Below, in pieces: positions 20,725 to 30,382 of a stretch of DNA of 64,000 nucleotides (position 1 is its first letter; every line of letters begins with the position of its first letter). Below the pieces are notes generated by a model. The model did not search any database and was not told where the DNA came from. It saw nothing but the letters and a program-made list of their open reading frames with translations. A program made the position numbers and the translations under genes. Source of the DNA: Patescibacteria group bacterium (lineage in GTDB: Bacteria > Patescibacteriota > Patescibacteriia > UBA10025 > JAHIVO01); the NCBI GenBank assembly GCA_028718605.1, contig JAQULM010000002.1:129776-193775 (forward strand). Reading direction: 5' to 3'.

Positions 20725-23550
20725 CTATTTCAAAACGCTCTTCAGGAACTGGCCGGTATAACTCCGCTTCACCTTTGAAATATCCCGCGGTGTGCCTTGG
20801 GCGACTATTTCGCCGCCTTTGTCGCCGCCCTCGGGCCCGAGGTCAACAATCCAGTCCGCTGACTTGATAACATCCAGATTATGCTCGATAACAAGAACGG
20901 TGTTGCCCTTGTCGACAAGCTGGCTTAGGACGTTGAGCAGGCGTTTTACGTCATCAAAATGCAAACCAGTGGTCGGTTCGTCAAGGATATAGAGCGTCTT
21001 CCCTGTCGCGCGGCGCGATAATTCTGTCGCAAGCTTCACGCGCTGGGCTTCGCCGCCGGAGAGCGTCGTCGCTGACTGGCCGAGATGCACGTACCCAAGG
21101 CCGACCTCATAGAGCGTTTGAAGTTTATTGAAAATCGCTGGTTGATTGCGGAAAAACTCCATCGCCTCCTCAACGGTCATCCCGAGTATATCCGCAATAG
21201 TTTTCCCTTTATAATGTATTTCAAGTGTTTGTTCGTTGTACCGGTGGCCTTTACATTCTTCGCATTCGACATACACGTCCGGCAGAAACTGCATCTCAAT
21301 CTTTACCAAACCGTCACCTTCACACGCTTCACACCGGCCCCCTGACACATTGAAGCTAAACCTGCCTGGCCCGTAGCCGCGTATCTTGGCCTCAGGCACC
21401 TGGGTGAAAAGGTCGCGGATATAAGTAAAAACACCGGTGTAGGTTGCGGGGTTTGACCGCGGTGTGCGGCCGATCGGCGACTGGTCAATATTGATAACCT
21501 TATCGAGGTGCTCCGTACCCTCAATCCGTTTGTACGCACCCGGCTCGTCTTTGGCATTGTAAAATTTCTGCGCGAGAGCTTTCGCGAGGATATCAGTCAT
21601 GAGTGTCGATTTTCCGGAACCGGAGACGCCGGTGATGCACACGAACGTGCCGAGCGGCATGCTGACATCGATGTTTTTCAAATTGAATTCTTTCGCGCCT
21701 CGGATGACCAGGCGTTTGCCGTTGCCCGGACGGTATTTCTTCGGCGTGGGGATCGAGAGGGTGCCTGATAAGTATTTGCCGGTTAATGAATTCTTGTTGC
21801 GCATGATCTCAGCCGGTGTGCCTGCCGCAACTACCTTGCCGCCATGTTCACCCGCTCCCGGCCCGATGTCGATGACGTAGTCAGACGCCTGAATGGTCCC
21901 CTCGTCGTGTTCGACAACGATAACCGTATTGCCCAATGATTTGAGCGCCTGGAGTGTTGCGATCAGCTTCGTATTATCCCGCTGGTGCAATCCGATGGAC
22001 GGTTCATCAAGAATATACACGACACCGACGAGCGATGACCCAATTTGGGTCGCCAGGCGGATGCGCTGCGCTTCGCCACCGGCAAGCGTCGCTGCGGCGC
22101 GGTCGAGCGTCAGGTAATCGAGCCCGACATTGTGCAAGAAGAGCAGGCGGGCGACGATCTCTTTCAGTATCTGGCGCGCGACTATCTTCTCTTTTTCAGA
22201 ACGCAAAACCAGCGAGCTGAAAAACTTTCTTGCTTCTTCGACTGTCATTGCGGCGACGTCGGATATCGACTTGTCGGCAACTGTCACCGACAGCGCTTCG
22301 GGCTTCAATCGCTTTCCCTTGCACATCGGGCACAGGAGCACGCGCATGTACTTCTCGATTTCAGAACGGATATAGTCAGACTGCGTTTCCTTGTACCGGC
22401 GCATGAGATTCGGGATAACTCCTTCAAAATTTCTCGTTAATTCGCCTTGGAACCGGTCACTGGCATACTCCATCGTGTACTCTTTGCTGCCGCTGCCATA
22501 GAGAATTAAATTCAGCTGTTCCTTGGTTAAATCTTTTACGGGAACATCAAGCGAAAACTTGTGCGCATCCGCGACCTGCTCCAGGAACCGGATGTACCAC
22601 GCCTGGTTTGCTGATGTCCGCGCCCACGGGCGGATAGCGCCCTCAGCGACGGTCAGCCGCGGGTTCGGGATGATGAGCTGTGGATCAATTTCAAGCCGCG
22701 TACCGAGGCCGGTGCATTCAGGGCAGGCGCCGTGCGGGCTGTTGAATGAAAAATTCCGCGGCTCGATCGGTGGCAGGTTGATGCCACAGTGCGGGCAGGA
22801 AAAATGCTGCGAGAAGAGGAGGTCTTCCTGGGTATCGAGCCGCTCGATGATGACGAGGCCGTCCCCGAGATCAAGGGCGGATTCGAGAGAGCTGATCAGA
22901 CGCGTTCGCTCCAAGGCCGCATCATTCGTCAATCGGTCAACAACAACATCAACAGTATGTTTCTTCTTCTTATCAACGCGCAGGTCCTCCGCCTCCTCGA
23001 CGGAATAGATCGTGCCGTCGAACCGGACGCGGACGTACCCTGCCTTGCGCACTTCTTCGACAACCTTCTTGTGCTCGCCCTTCTGGTCCCGGATAACTGG
23101 CGCGAGAACGATAAACTGGGTGCCCGACGGCAATGAGGTAACCCGCTCGGCGATCTGGTCGATTGTTTGCTTTGAAACAACGCGGCCGCACGACGGGCAA
23201 TGCGGAATGCCGACGCGCGCAAATAAAAGCCGGAGGTAGTCATACACTTCGGTAACGGTTCCCACGGTCGACCGAGGATTCCGGGATGTCGATTTCTGGT
23301 CAATGGAAATCGCTGGCGAGAGGCCATCAATCTGGTCAACGTCAGGCTTATCCATTAAACCCAAAAACTGCCGCGCGTACGCTGACAGGGATTCGACGTA
23401 CCGGCGCTGGCCTTCGGCGTAGATCGTATCGAATGCAAGGGAAGACTTGCCTGAACCTGAAATGCCGGTGATCACCACGAGTTTGTCCCGCGGGATGTCC
23501 ACGTCAATATTCTTCAGGTTGTGGACCCGCGCTCCGCGTATCGTTATCAT
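20725..23550 (-). CDS. uvrA: Excinuclease ABC subunit A (UvrA)
   Basis: N-terminus [56 protein letters not shown]. Two ABC modules and zinc-finger cysteines. Start set at the internal Met matching the UvrA N-terminus. Confidence 0.95.
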   Translation of the reverse strand: MITIRGARVHNLKNIDVDIPRDKLVVITGISGSGKSSLAFDTIYAEGQRRYVESLSAYARQFLGLMDKPDVDQIDGLSPAISIDQKSTSRNPRSTVGTVTEVYDYLRLLFARVGIPHCPSCGRVVSKQTIDQIAERVTSLPSGTQFIVLAPVIRDQKGEHKKVVEEVRKAGYVRVRFDGTIYSVEEAEDLRVDKKKKHTVDVVVDRLTNDAALERTRLISSLESALDLGDGLVIIERLDTQEDLLFSQHFSCPHCGINLPPIEPRNFSFNSPHGACPECTGLGTRLEIDPQLIIPNPRLTVAEGAIRPWARTSANQAWYIRFLEQVADAHKFSLDVPVKDLTKEQLNLILYGSGSKEYTMEYASDRFQGELTRNFEGVIPNLMRRYKETQSDYIRSEIEKYMRVLLCPMCKGKRLKPEALSVTVADKSISDVAAMTVEEARKFFSSLVLRSEKEKIVARQILKEIVARLLFLHNVGLDYLTLDRAAATLAGGEAQRIRLATQIGSSLVGVVYILDEPSIGLHQRDNTKLIATLQALKSLGNTVIVVEHDEGTIQASDYVIDIGPGAGEHGGKVVAAGTPAEIMRNKNSLTGKYLSGTLSIPTPKKYRPGNGKRLVIRGAKEFNLKNIDVSMPLGTFVCITGVSGSGKSTLMTDILAKALAQKFYNAKDEPGAYKRIEGTEHLDKVINIDQSPIGRTPRSNPATYTGVFTYIRDLFTQVPEAKIRGYGPGRFSFNVSGGRCEACEGDGLVKIEMQFLPDVYVECEECKGHRYNEQTLEIHYKGKTIADILGMTVEEAMEFFRNQPAIFNKLQTLYEVGLGYVHLGQSATTLSGGEAQRVKLATELSRRATGKTLYILDEPTTGLHFDDVKRLLNVLSQLVDKGNTVLVIEHNLDVIKSADWIVDLGPEGGDKGGEIVAQGTPRDISKVKRSYTGQFLKSVLK

Positions 23551-23614
23551 CTTTGGTTCATGAGTTCGCACTGGCATGAGGATTGCAAAAAAAGTGGGTA
23601 TGAATTCGGGTCTC

Positions 23615-23643
23615 AGTATACACCCCCTGTCAAGAGCAGTCAA
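23615..23643 (-). promoter_or_regulatory. uvrA promoter TTGACT-17-TATACT (minus strand)
   Basis: Hexamers read on the reverse complement. An overlapping second TTGACA is noted. Confidence 0.45.
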
Positions 23644-23680
23644 GGGCTATTACGGCAATCTCCAATTCTTCCAAAGACCC

Positions 23681-23709
23681 TTGACAGGAAGACTCCAAGG
23701 TGCTATTCT
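23681..23709 (+). promoter_or_regulatory. Promoter TTGACA-17-TATTCT driving the small plus-strand gene
   Basis: Consensus -35 with a 17-nt spacer. Confidence 0.5.
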
Positions 23710-23757
23710 TTCCCATTCACCAAACAGATAATATAGTTAGTAGTCAGAGGAAATGGT

Positions 23758-24012
23758 ATGGTGATTACCATTCCACATCGCACCCTTAACTCGAGGTGTT
23801 TAATGCCCAAGAGAAGCGGAAGAACCAAAACCGGTCATGGTAAATCGAGAGTCAAGATCGCCGGCAAGAAAGGGCTCAGGGTCGATTTGACCCTCCATGT
23901 ATTTGGCACTGTCGAGCAGACAGGCGAAGGAGGTCTCGATTTCGGATCACTGCTTAGTCTGATGGGGCCGATGCTGGCCAAGGCCGGCCGCCACAACCCG
24001 CACGAAGAATAG
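23758..24012 (+). CDS. Small basic protein, hypothetical (84 aa) with its own promoter and terminator
   Basis: AGAGGA Shine-Dalgarno site 6 nt before the ATG. A strong terminator follows. No recognisable family. Confidence 0.4.
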   Translation: MVITIPHRTLNSRCLMPKRSGRTKTGHGKSRVKIAGKKGLRVDLTLHVFGTVEQTGEGGLDFGSLLSLMGPMLAKAGRHNPHEE

Positions 24013-24052
24013 GACGTCAAACCCCTTTCCAGCGTGAGGGAGCCAACGTCAA

Positions 24053-24097
24053 ACGAGTCCCGTGCACTACGCTCAACGCGCGGGACTCGTTTTTTTG
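24053..24097 (+). terminator. Intrinsic terminator (10-bp stem acgagtcccg/cgggactcgt, T6-7 tract)
   Basis: Perfect 10-bp inverted repeat followed by TTTTTTT. It lies inside the ORF-track N-terminal extension of uvrC, which argues that uvrC starts at 24131. Confidence 0.65.
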
Positions 24098-24130
24098 TAC
24101 AATGGCCCGCTGAGGGGATATACTGAACAT

Positions 24131-25930
24131 ATGGACAAGCATAATAAAGCTACCATTAACCTCACGCTCGTCCCCCGAAAGCCCGGGGTGTACATTTTTA
24201 AAAACGAGAAGGGGGAGATTTTATATATCGGCAAGGCAAAACTGCTGAAAAGCCGCGTTTCGTCGTACTTCCACAAATCCGCACAGCTGGCGCCCGGCAA
24301 GCAGTTGATGATTCCAAAAATTGTAAAAATGGAATTCATCATTACGTCCTCAGAGGCTGAAGCGTTGCTTTTGGAATCGACCCTGATCAAAAAACACCAG
24401 CCGCCGTACAATGTCGACCTCAAGGACGATAAAAATTTCCAATACATCAAGATTACGACGGGCGAGGAATTCCCCCGAGTGTTCACGGTCCGGCGTATCG
24501 AGCGGGACAAAGCGAAATATTTCGGCCCGTACGTCTCCGGTTTGTCGGTTCGCCGCACGCTGCGGTTCCTCAGAAAATTATTCCCCCACCGGAGCTTCAC
24601 CCGCGCGCCGCAAAGCCACCAGCTGCGCTACCTCGTCAAACGGTACCAGAAACTGATCGGCCCTGCCGACCCCCGCGAATACCGAAAAACGATCGACCGC
24701 ATTATCAGTTTCTTGAACGGCAATTACCAGGGCATCGTGAACGAGCTTCAACGCGGCATGGAAGAGCGCTCTCGTGAGCAGAAATTCGAACAAGCGGCCG
24801 CGCTCCGTGATAAAATCCAAGCGATCGAACGGATCATGGAACGCCAGAAAGTGGTATCCGCAAAACCGGAGGACCAGGACATCTTGAACATCGCGCGTGA
24901 GGGCAGCCGCGCAGCGGTCAGCGTGTTTACCGTACGCGCAGGCAAGCTTATCGGCCAACAGAATTTTCTGCTTACAAACACCGAGGGACAAGGCGACGCC
25001 GAGCTCATGCAAACATTCATTGAACGGTATTACAGCCAGCATGCAAACGTACCGGATACGCTGATTGTACCGGCGAAACTGCCCAATATGCCGCTCATAC
25101 AAAAAACGTTCGGCCTTACTGTTCTGGTGCCCCAGCGCGGCATTAAAAAACGATACCTCGCTATGGGTTTTGAAAACGCACGCCACTACGTGCTGCTCCA
25201 GAAAGCTTCATGGGAACGGACTGAACATGCGATACAAAACGCACTGAATCAATTTCAAAAGACACTCCGGCTCCCCTCTGCGCCACACCGCATTGAAGCA
25301 TTCGATATCTCAAACATCCAGGGAACAAATCCTGTCGGCTCGATGGTAGTGTTTACAGACGGCAAACCGGACAAGAAATGGTACCGGAAATTTAAAATCA
25401 CGTCAGTGCGCGGTGCCAATGACCCGGCGATGATGGCTGAAGTCATTTCCCGCCGCTTCAAACACATTACCGCGGAGGGCCAAACGCCTCGTGCCAAGAA
25501 AAAACATCCGACAGCAGACTGGCCCAAGCCAGATCTTGTTATCCTGGACGGCGGCATGGGGCAGCTGAACGCCGCCCTTAAAGTACTGCGGTTCGCTCTT
25601 CCCCTCATCGCGCTCGCGAAGCAAGAAGAGAGCATTTACGTGCCCGGGCGGAAGTTGCCCATACGATTTCCGGCACAGTCAGACGCCCTATTCCTTATCC
25701 AGCGGATTCGCGACGAAGCGCACCGGTTCGCTATTACCTTTTACCGGAAAACCCACGGGAGCGGGCTCCAACGCTCCGTGCTCGACGAAATCCCCGGGGT
25801 CGGCCCTGCGACGAGAAAAAAACTCATCCGTACCTTTGGGTCAGTACGGGGCGTGCGAAGTGCCTCACCGGACGAGCTCAAAGCAGCCGTGGGCACCCGA
25901 ATCGCTCAACAATTATCCCGCTCATTATGA
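24131..25930 (+). CDS. uvrC: Excinuclease ABC subunit C (UvrC)
   Basis: GIY-YIG motif GVYIFKNEKGEILYIGKAKLLKSR; UvrBC-interaction, RNase H-like/EndoV and HhH C-terminal regions. Confidence 0.9.
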   Translation: MDKHNKATINLTLVPRKPGVYIFKNEKGEILYIGKAKLLKSRVSSYFHKSAQLAPGKQLMIPKIVKMEFIITSSEAEALLLESTLIKKHQPPYNVDLKDDKNFQYIKITTGEEFPRVFTVRRIERDKAKYFGPYVSGLSVRRTLRFLRKLFPHRSFTRAPQSHQLRYLVKRYQKLIGPADPREYRKTIDRIISFLNGNYQGIVNELQRGMEERSREQKFEQAAALRDKIQAIERIMERQKVVSAKPEDQDILNIAREGSRAAVSVFTVRAGKLIGQQNFLLTNTEGQGDAELMQTFIERYYSQHANVPDTLIVPAKLPNMPLIQKTFGLTVLVPQRGIKKRYLAMGFENARHYVLLQKASWERTEHAIQNALNQFQKTLRLPSAPHRIEAFDISNIQGTNPVGSMVVFTDGKPDKKWYRKFKITSVRGANDPAMMAEVISRRFKHITAEGQTPRAKKKHPTADWPKPDLVILDGGMGQLNAALKVLRFALPLIALAKQEESIYVPGRKLPIRFPAQSDALFLIQRIRDEAHRFAITFYRKTHGSGLQRSVLDEIPGVGPATRKKLIRTFGSVRGVRSASPDELKAAVGTRIAQQLSRSL

Positions 25931-26153
25931 AACACTACCATGTCGATGCCGAAGAGGCGCAGCGTGCGGTTGAAACGGCAGCAGCGCGCCGCGTGCGGAA
26001 GCGGCTGCCCCGCATGAAGCTGTCAGGCGCGCGTGTCAAGGACCTCCAGCGTTTAATTATTGACAAAGGGCGGCGCGCGCACCATGCTTGACAAGAGCAC
26101 CGGAGTTTGATACTGTTTATGGTGCTTTGCAAACCTTATTTTTTTATAGCGAT

Positions 26154-26378
26154 ATGCTCGAACTCACCCTCAATATTGTACAAATTGTCCTTGCCGGAAT
26201 TTTAATGGCTGCGGTCCTGTTGCAGAACCGCGGAGCCGGCTTAGGCGGCGTATTCGGCGGAGAGGGAAACGTATATCGTACGAAGCGCGGATTTGATAAA
26301 ATCCTTTTTGTCGTCACCATCATTGTCAGTATTGCCTTTTTCGGTACTGCGATGACGAATATCCTCATCCGCCAGTAG
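26154..26378 (+). CDS. secG: Preprotein translocase subunit SecG
   Basis: 74 aa with two TM segments and a Gly-rich loop (LQNRGAGLGGVFGGEG), typical of SecG. Start at the internal Met after the tandem TTGACA motifs. Confidence 0.7.
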   Translation: MLELTLNIVQIVLAGILMAAVLLQNRGAGLGGVFGGEGNVYRTKRGFDKILFVVTIIVSIAFFGTAMTNILIRQ

Positions 26379-26403
26379 CATTCACTAAGACCGCCACCGC
26401 ATT

Positions 26404-28236
26404 GTGAAACAGTTCGCGTTAAATTTTTTCAAAAGACTCAAAAACGGAAGTACAAAAGGAGCAGACGAAACGAGCCAACCCTTGAAAATCCCGTCTGTCC
26501 TCGAAGACAAGGATGAGCTTGATAAAAAGCTTGTTTTTTCGTTAGCGAAACAACGGTTTCCGACGTGGCAGCAAGTACAGTACCTCTCGCAATACCTTTC
26601 AAAAAAAGAAAAGCTCCTGATCCGCGGGCTTATCGTGATCACGCTGGCCGCCCTCGTCATCCTGGCCATCCGGTTTTATTTCCGGCATGTGGAATATCTT
26701 CCCCAAAACGGCGGTACGTATACCGAAGCGCTCGTTGGCCAGCCACAATACATCAATCCAGTCCTCGCACAGGGAGATATCGACCGAGATATCACCTCGC
26801 TGGTCTACGCCGGCCTGTTCCGGTACGATGCGGGATTGAAGCTTGTCACCGATCTCGCATCATCCTACGAACTGTCGGAAGATAAAAAAACGTATACGAT
26901 ACATTTGCGGGAAAATGTATACTGGCACAATGGCAACGCGATACTGGCTGACGATGTCGTATTTACGTTCGAAACAATCCAGGACCCGGAATACAAGAGT
27001 CCCTACTACCAAAACTTCCAGGGTGTCGCTATCGAGCGGATTGACGACCGTACGGTGACATTCACACTCCCCGAACCATTTGCCCCATTCCTTTCCAACC
27101 TAACCGTCGGGATCATCCCCGGCCATATCTGGGGTGATATCGGACCGAGCAATTTCCATCTCGCGGAATATAACACCAGGCCTGTCGGTTCTGGGCCGCT
27201 GCAGTTCAAGAAACTTACAAAAGACCGCTCGGGGAACATTAAATCATACGAACTTACCCGCTACGGCAGCTACCACGGATCGCGGACGTACATTGACGGC
27301 ATTATATTTAAATTCTACCCGGATTTCGAGTCGGCCATTACTGCGGTAAAAAATAATAATGTTGACGGCATCAGCTACCTGCCCAAGGAATCCCGGAATA
27401 CGCTCAATGGAAAACGCGGGTACCGTACGTATTCATTCCAACTGCCCCAATACACCGCTGTATTCTTTAACCAGAAAAATGAACTTCTGAAAAACAAAGA
27501 GCTCAAACAGGCTCTCGCCTATGCGACCGATAAAAAGCGTATCCTCACCGAAGCGCTGAAGGGGCTTGGCAAAAGCATTAATGGGCCGATCCTTCCAGGA
27601 TTTCTTGGTTACCACCCTGATATAAAAAAATACTCCTTTGATCCGGCAAAAGCAGCCGAATTGCTTGATCAGGCGGGCTGGAAAGTGCCAGAGGGCGGCG
27701 GCCTAAGGGCTAAGAATGGCGCCGAACTTAAATTTTCCCTTACCACTGTGGACCAGACGGAATACCTCAATACCGCCAATATTCTCCGTGAGAATTGGGA
27801 AGCGATAGGCGTCGGCATCGAACTGAAGATCATGAATCCGCTCCGCGTCGACAAGGAAGTGATCAAGCCAAAGGACTACGAGGCTTTCCTCTACGGCGAG
27901 ATACTCGGCTCTGACCCGGACCCATACCCATTCTGGCATTCAAGCCAGAGCACGAATGGCGGCCTCAATCTTTCCAATTATTACAATAAAGAGGTTGACA
28001 AGTTGCTTGAAGAGGGGCGCAAAATCGATGCCACAGACGAGCGTGCACAGAAGTACCGCGACTTCCAGAATATCATCGCCGAGGAAATGCCAGCGCTCTT
28101 TCTCTACTCCCCGTCCTACGACTATTATACTTCGGACACTATTAAAGGCATCACGACAACACGGATTAACATCCCGTCAGATCGCTTCAGTGGCATCTCG
28201 GGCTGGTATATAAAGACACGCCTGGGGTGGCAATAA
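26404..28236 (+). CDS. ABC-type solute-binding protein, family 5 (peptide/nickel-binding-like), N-terminally membrane-anchored, orphan
   Basis: SBP_bac_5 pattern (TYTIHLRENVYWHNGNAILADDVVFTFE...). N-terminal TM helix. No permease or ATPase genes adjacent. Confidence 0.8.
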   Translation: MKQFALNFFKRLKNGSTKGADETSQPLKIPSVLEDKDELDKKLVFSLAKQRFPTWQQVQYLSQYLSKKEKLLIRGLIVITLAALVILAIRFYFRHVEYLPQNGGTYTEALVGQPQYINPVLAQGDIDRDITSLVYAGLFRYDAGLKLVTDLASSYELSEDKKTYTIHLRENVYWHNGNAILADDVVFTFETIQDPEYKSPYYQNFQGVAIERIDDRTVTFTLPEPFAPFLSNLTVGIIPGHIWGDIGPSNFHLAEYNTRPVGSGPLQFKKLTKDRSGNIKSYELTRYGSYHGSRTYIDGIIFKFYPDFESAITAVKNNNVDGISYLPKESRNTLNGKRGYRTYSFQLPQYTAVFFNQKNELLKNKELKQALAYATDKKRILTEALKGLGKSINGPILPGFLGYHPDIKKYSFDPAKAAELLDQAGWKVPEGGGLRAKNGAELKFSLTTVDQTEYLNTANILRENWEAIGVGIELKIMNPLRVDKEVIKPKDYEAFLYGEILGSDPDPYPFWHSSQSTNGGLNLSNYYNKEVDKLLEEGRKIDATDERAQKYRDFQNIIAEEMPALFLYSPSYDYYTSDTIKGITTTRINIPSDRFSGISGWYIKTRLGWQ

Positions 28237-28342
28237 GCACGTAGGGAAACGCGCCGCGGGGCTGCCCGCAGACGCCGCTCATACTCCATTGCTGGGTAAG
28301 CTGGCAGGGCACCCTCGGACTATTTCACATTCACAACAATCT

Positions 28343-28429
28343 GCCGGAGTGGTGAAATTGGTATACACGCATGGTTCAGAGCCATGTGCCCGCAAGGGCT
28401 TGGAGGTTCAAGTCCTCTCTCCGGCACCA
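28343..28429 (+). tRNA. tRNA-Leu (anticodon CAG), type II, CCA encoded
   Basis: Acceptor GCCGGAG/CTCCGGC; anticodon stem CATGG/CCATG with loop TTCAGAG; variable-arm hairpin; T-arm GGAGG-TTCAAGT-CCTCT; ends ACCA. Confidence 0.9.
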
Positions 28430-28522
28430 GTTACGCACCCCTCACCGAATGAACGAAGGGAATCATCGTGTTGGGTTCTCCGCGGCATTCACTAACGAAA
28501 ACACGCACTGAATACTATTCTC

Positions 28523-30265
28523 ATGAAACAATCATACAACCAATATAAACAAGGCAGCCGCCGCCGGCAGCACAACAAACAGCGGCAGCCGCAGCGATCA
28601 AACGTATCACTCCGCATCATTCCTCTTGGCGGCCAAGAAGAGGTCGGCCGGAATATGACGGTTTTTGAATACGGAAATGACATTATCATCCTCGATATGG
28701 GGCTTCAGTTCCCCGAAGAAGACATGCCGGGCATTGATTACATCATTCCAAACACAACATACCTCAGAGGCAAAGAAAAGCGGATTCGTGCCGTCGTGTT
28801 CAGCCACGGCCACCTCGACCATATCGGCGCGGCCCCAATCCTCCTGCAGCAACTTGGGTACCCATTGGTAATCGGGAGGCCCCTCACCATAGCGCTGATA
28901 AAAAACCGCCTCGAGGATTTTTCCCGCGGCGCAGTAGCCCAACTGAAAAGCCAGCAAATAAAAACGCTCAATAATTCGTTTCGGTTTGGCCCCTTCACGG
29001 TCCGATTCTTCCAGGTTGACCACTCGATCATGGACGCAGTGGGGGTCATCGTGCAAACACCGAGCGGCACCGTCATCCATCCCGGGGACTGGACATACGA
29101 AAAAAATCCGATCGGCAGAAAAGCGATCACGTACCGCCATTTGTCGTCGCTCCCCCGACCGACACTACTTATGCTCGAAAGCCTTGGCGCGATAGCCCCG
29201 CATGCGCGGACGCCAGAGCGTACCATGTACCAAAATCTCGAAAACCTCATCCGCCAAGCGCGCGGCAGAGTTATCATTGGCACATTTTCCTCGCAACTCG
29301 AACGCATCCGCCAGATTATCGAATACGCCCAGCGAATTGATAAAAAAGTTGCGCTCGACGGGTACAGTATGCGCATGAACGTTGAAGTCGCCAAGCAGCT
29401 CGGGTACATCAAGGCGGGTAAAAAAACCTTGATACCGATCAATCAAATCCATAATTTCCCAGACAGGCGCATCGTTGTTTTGTGCACGGGCGCGCAGGGA
29501 GAAGGCAACGCTGTCCTCTCGAGGATTGTCAGTGGCGACCACCGGTTTGTAAAAATAAAGCGTGACGATACGATCGTATTTTCATCCTCCGTGATACCAG
29601 GCAATGAACGCACAGTCCAGCGGTTGAAAGACAATCTCTACCGGCTATGCGACAATGTCATACATACTGATATCATGGAAGTTCACTCGGGCGGGCATAG
29701 CAATGCTGAAGACATCGTCGAGTTGCTTCGGCAAATACAACCCACGTACTTCCTCCCGGTATACGCGAACCACTATATGCTGAAAGAGGCCGGTAAACTT
29801 GCAGTCCGTCATGGATTCAACCAGAAAAACATCGCAATCCTCGACAATGGCTCAGTGCTTGAGCTCCGGAATCGTGAAATGAAAGTGTTGCCAAAGAAGG
29901 TGCCGACCGACCATGTCTTCGTGGATGGGCTCGGCGTTGGTGATGTTTCAAACGTCGTACTCCGTGACCGCCAGTTACTCGCAAAGGACGGCATTTTTAT
30001 CGTGATTGTGACAATCGAAGGGCGGACCGGCCGGCTCGTTGGCGACCCGGACATTACAACCCATGGGTTCATCCAGCCGCGTGAAAACCAAGAGCTTATC
30101 GAAAACGTGCGGCGAAAAGTGAAAAAAATCCTCCGTGATGGCAACCCACGCACAGGAGCGGACGAACCATATATTAAAAATCAGATCAGGGACAAAATCG
30201 GCCAGTATCTCTTCACGAAGACTGAACGCCGGCCGATGGTACTTCCCGTCGTAATAGAAGTATAG
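28523..30265 (+). CDS. rnj: Ribonuclease J
   Basis: Metallo-beta-lactamase HxHxDH (FSHGHLDHIGA), beta-CASP and RNase J C-terminal domain. N-terminal basic extension. Confidence 0.9.
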   Translation: MKQSYNQYKQGSRRRQHNKQRQPQRSNVSLRIIPLGGQEEVGRNMTVFEYGNDIIILDMGLQFPEEDMPGIDYIIPNTTYLRGKEKRIRAVVFSHGHLDHIGAAPILLQQLGYPLVIGRPLTIALIKNRLEDFSRGAVAQLKSQQIKTLNNSFRFGPFTVRFFQVDHSIMDAVGVIVQTPSGTVIHPGDWTYEKNPIGRKAITYRHLSSLPRPTLLMLESLGAIAPHARTPERTMYQNLENLIRQARGRVIIGTFSSQLERIRQIIEYAQRIDKKVALDGYSMRMNVEVAKQLGYIKAGKKTLIPINQIHNFPDRRIVVLCTGAQGEGNAVLSRIVSGDHRFVKIKRDDTIVFSSSVIPGNERTVQRLKDNLYRLCDNVIHTDIMEVHSGGHSNAEDIVELLRQIQPTYFLPVYANHYMLKEAGKLAVRHGFNQKNIAILDNGSVLELRNREMKVLPKKVPTDHVFVDGLGVGDVSNVVLRDRQLLAKDGIFIVIVTIEGRTGRLVGDPDITTHGFIQPRENQELIENVRRKVKKILRDGNPRTGADEPYIKNQIRDKIGQYLFTKTERRPMVLPVVIEV

Positions 30266-30347
30266 GCCGACGTGCCCCGTAAAGTCATACGTAGCGGGGT
30301 GGTACGGCAGGTGGTAATCGAGGCGCAGCAGATATAATAAAATTGGA

Positions 30348-30376
30348 TTGCAAAATCCGTATAAAACGTCTATCAT
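30348..30376 (+). promoter_or_regulatory. trpS promoter TTGCAA-17-TATCAT, with the -10 located 6 nt upstream of the ATG (leaderless transcript predicted)
   Basis: Hexamers read directly; no Shine-Dalgarno site. Confidence 0.55.
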
Positions 30377-30382
30377 AGAGAC

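Noticed and set aside
24062-24130. ORF-track N-terminal extension of uvrC (and the analogous extensions of uvrA, glyA, secG, rpsR, ychF, rsmE and others)
   Set aside because: The extension contains the upstream gene's intrinsic terminator. The conserved protein N-termini begin at internal Met codons.
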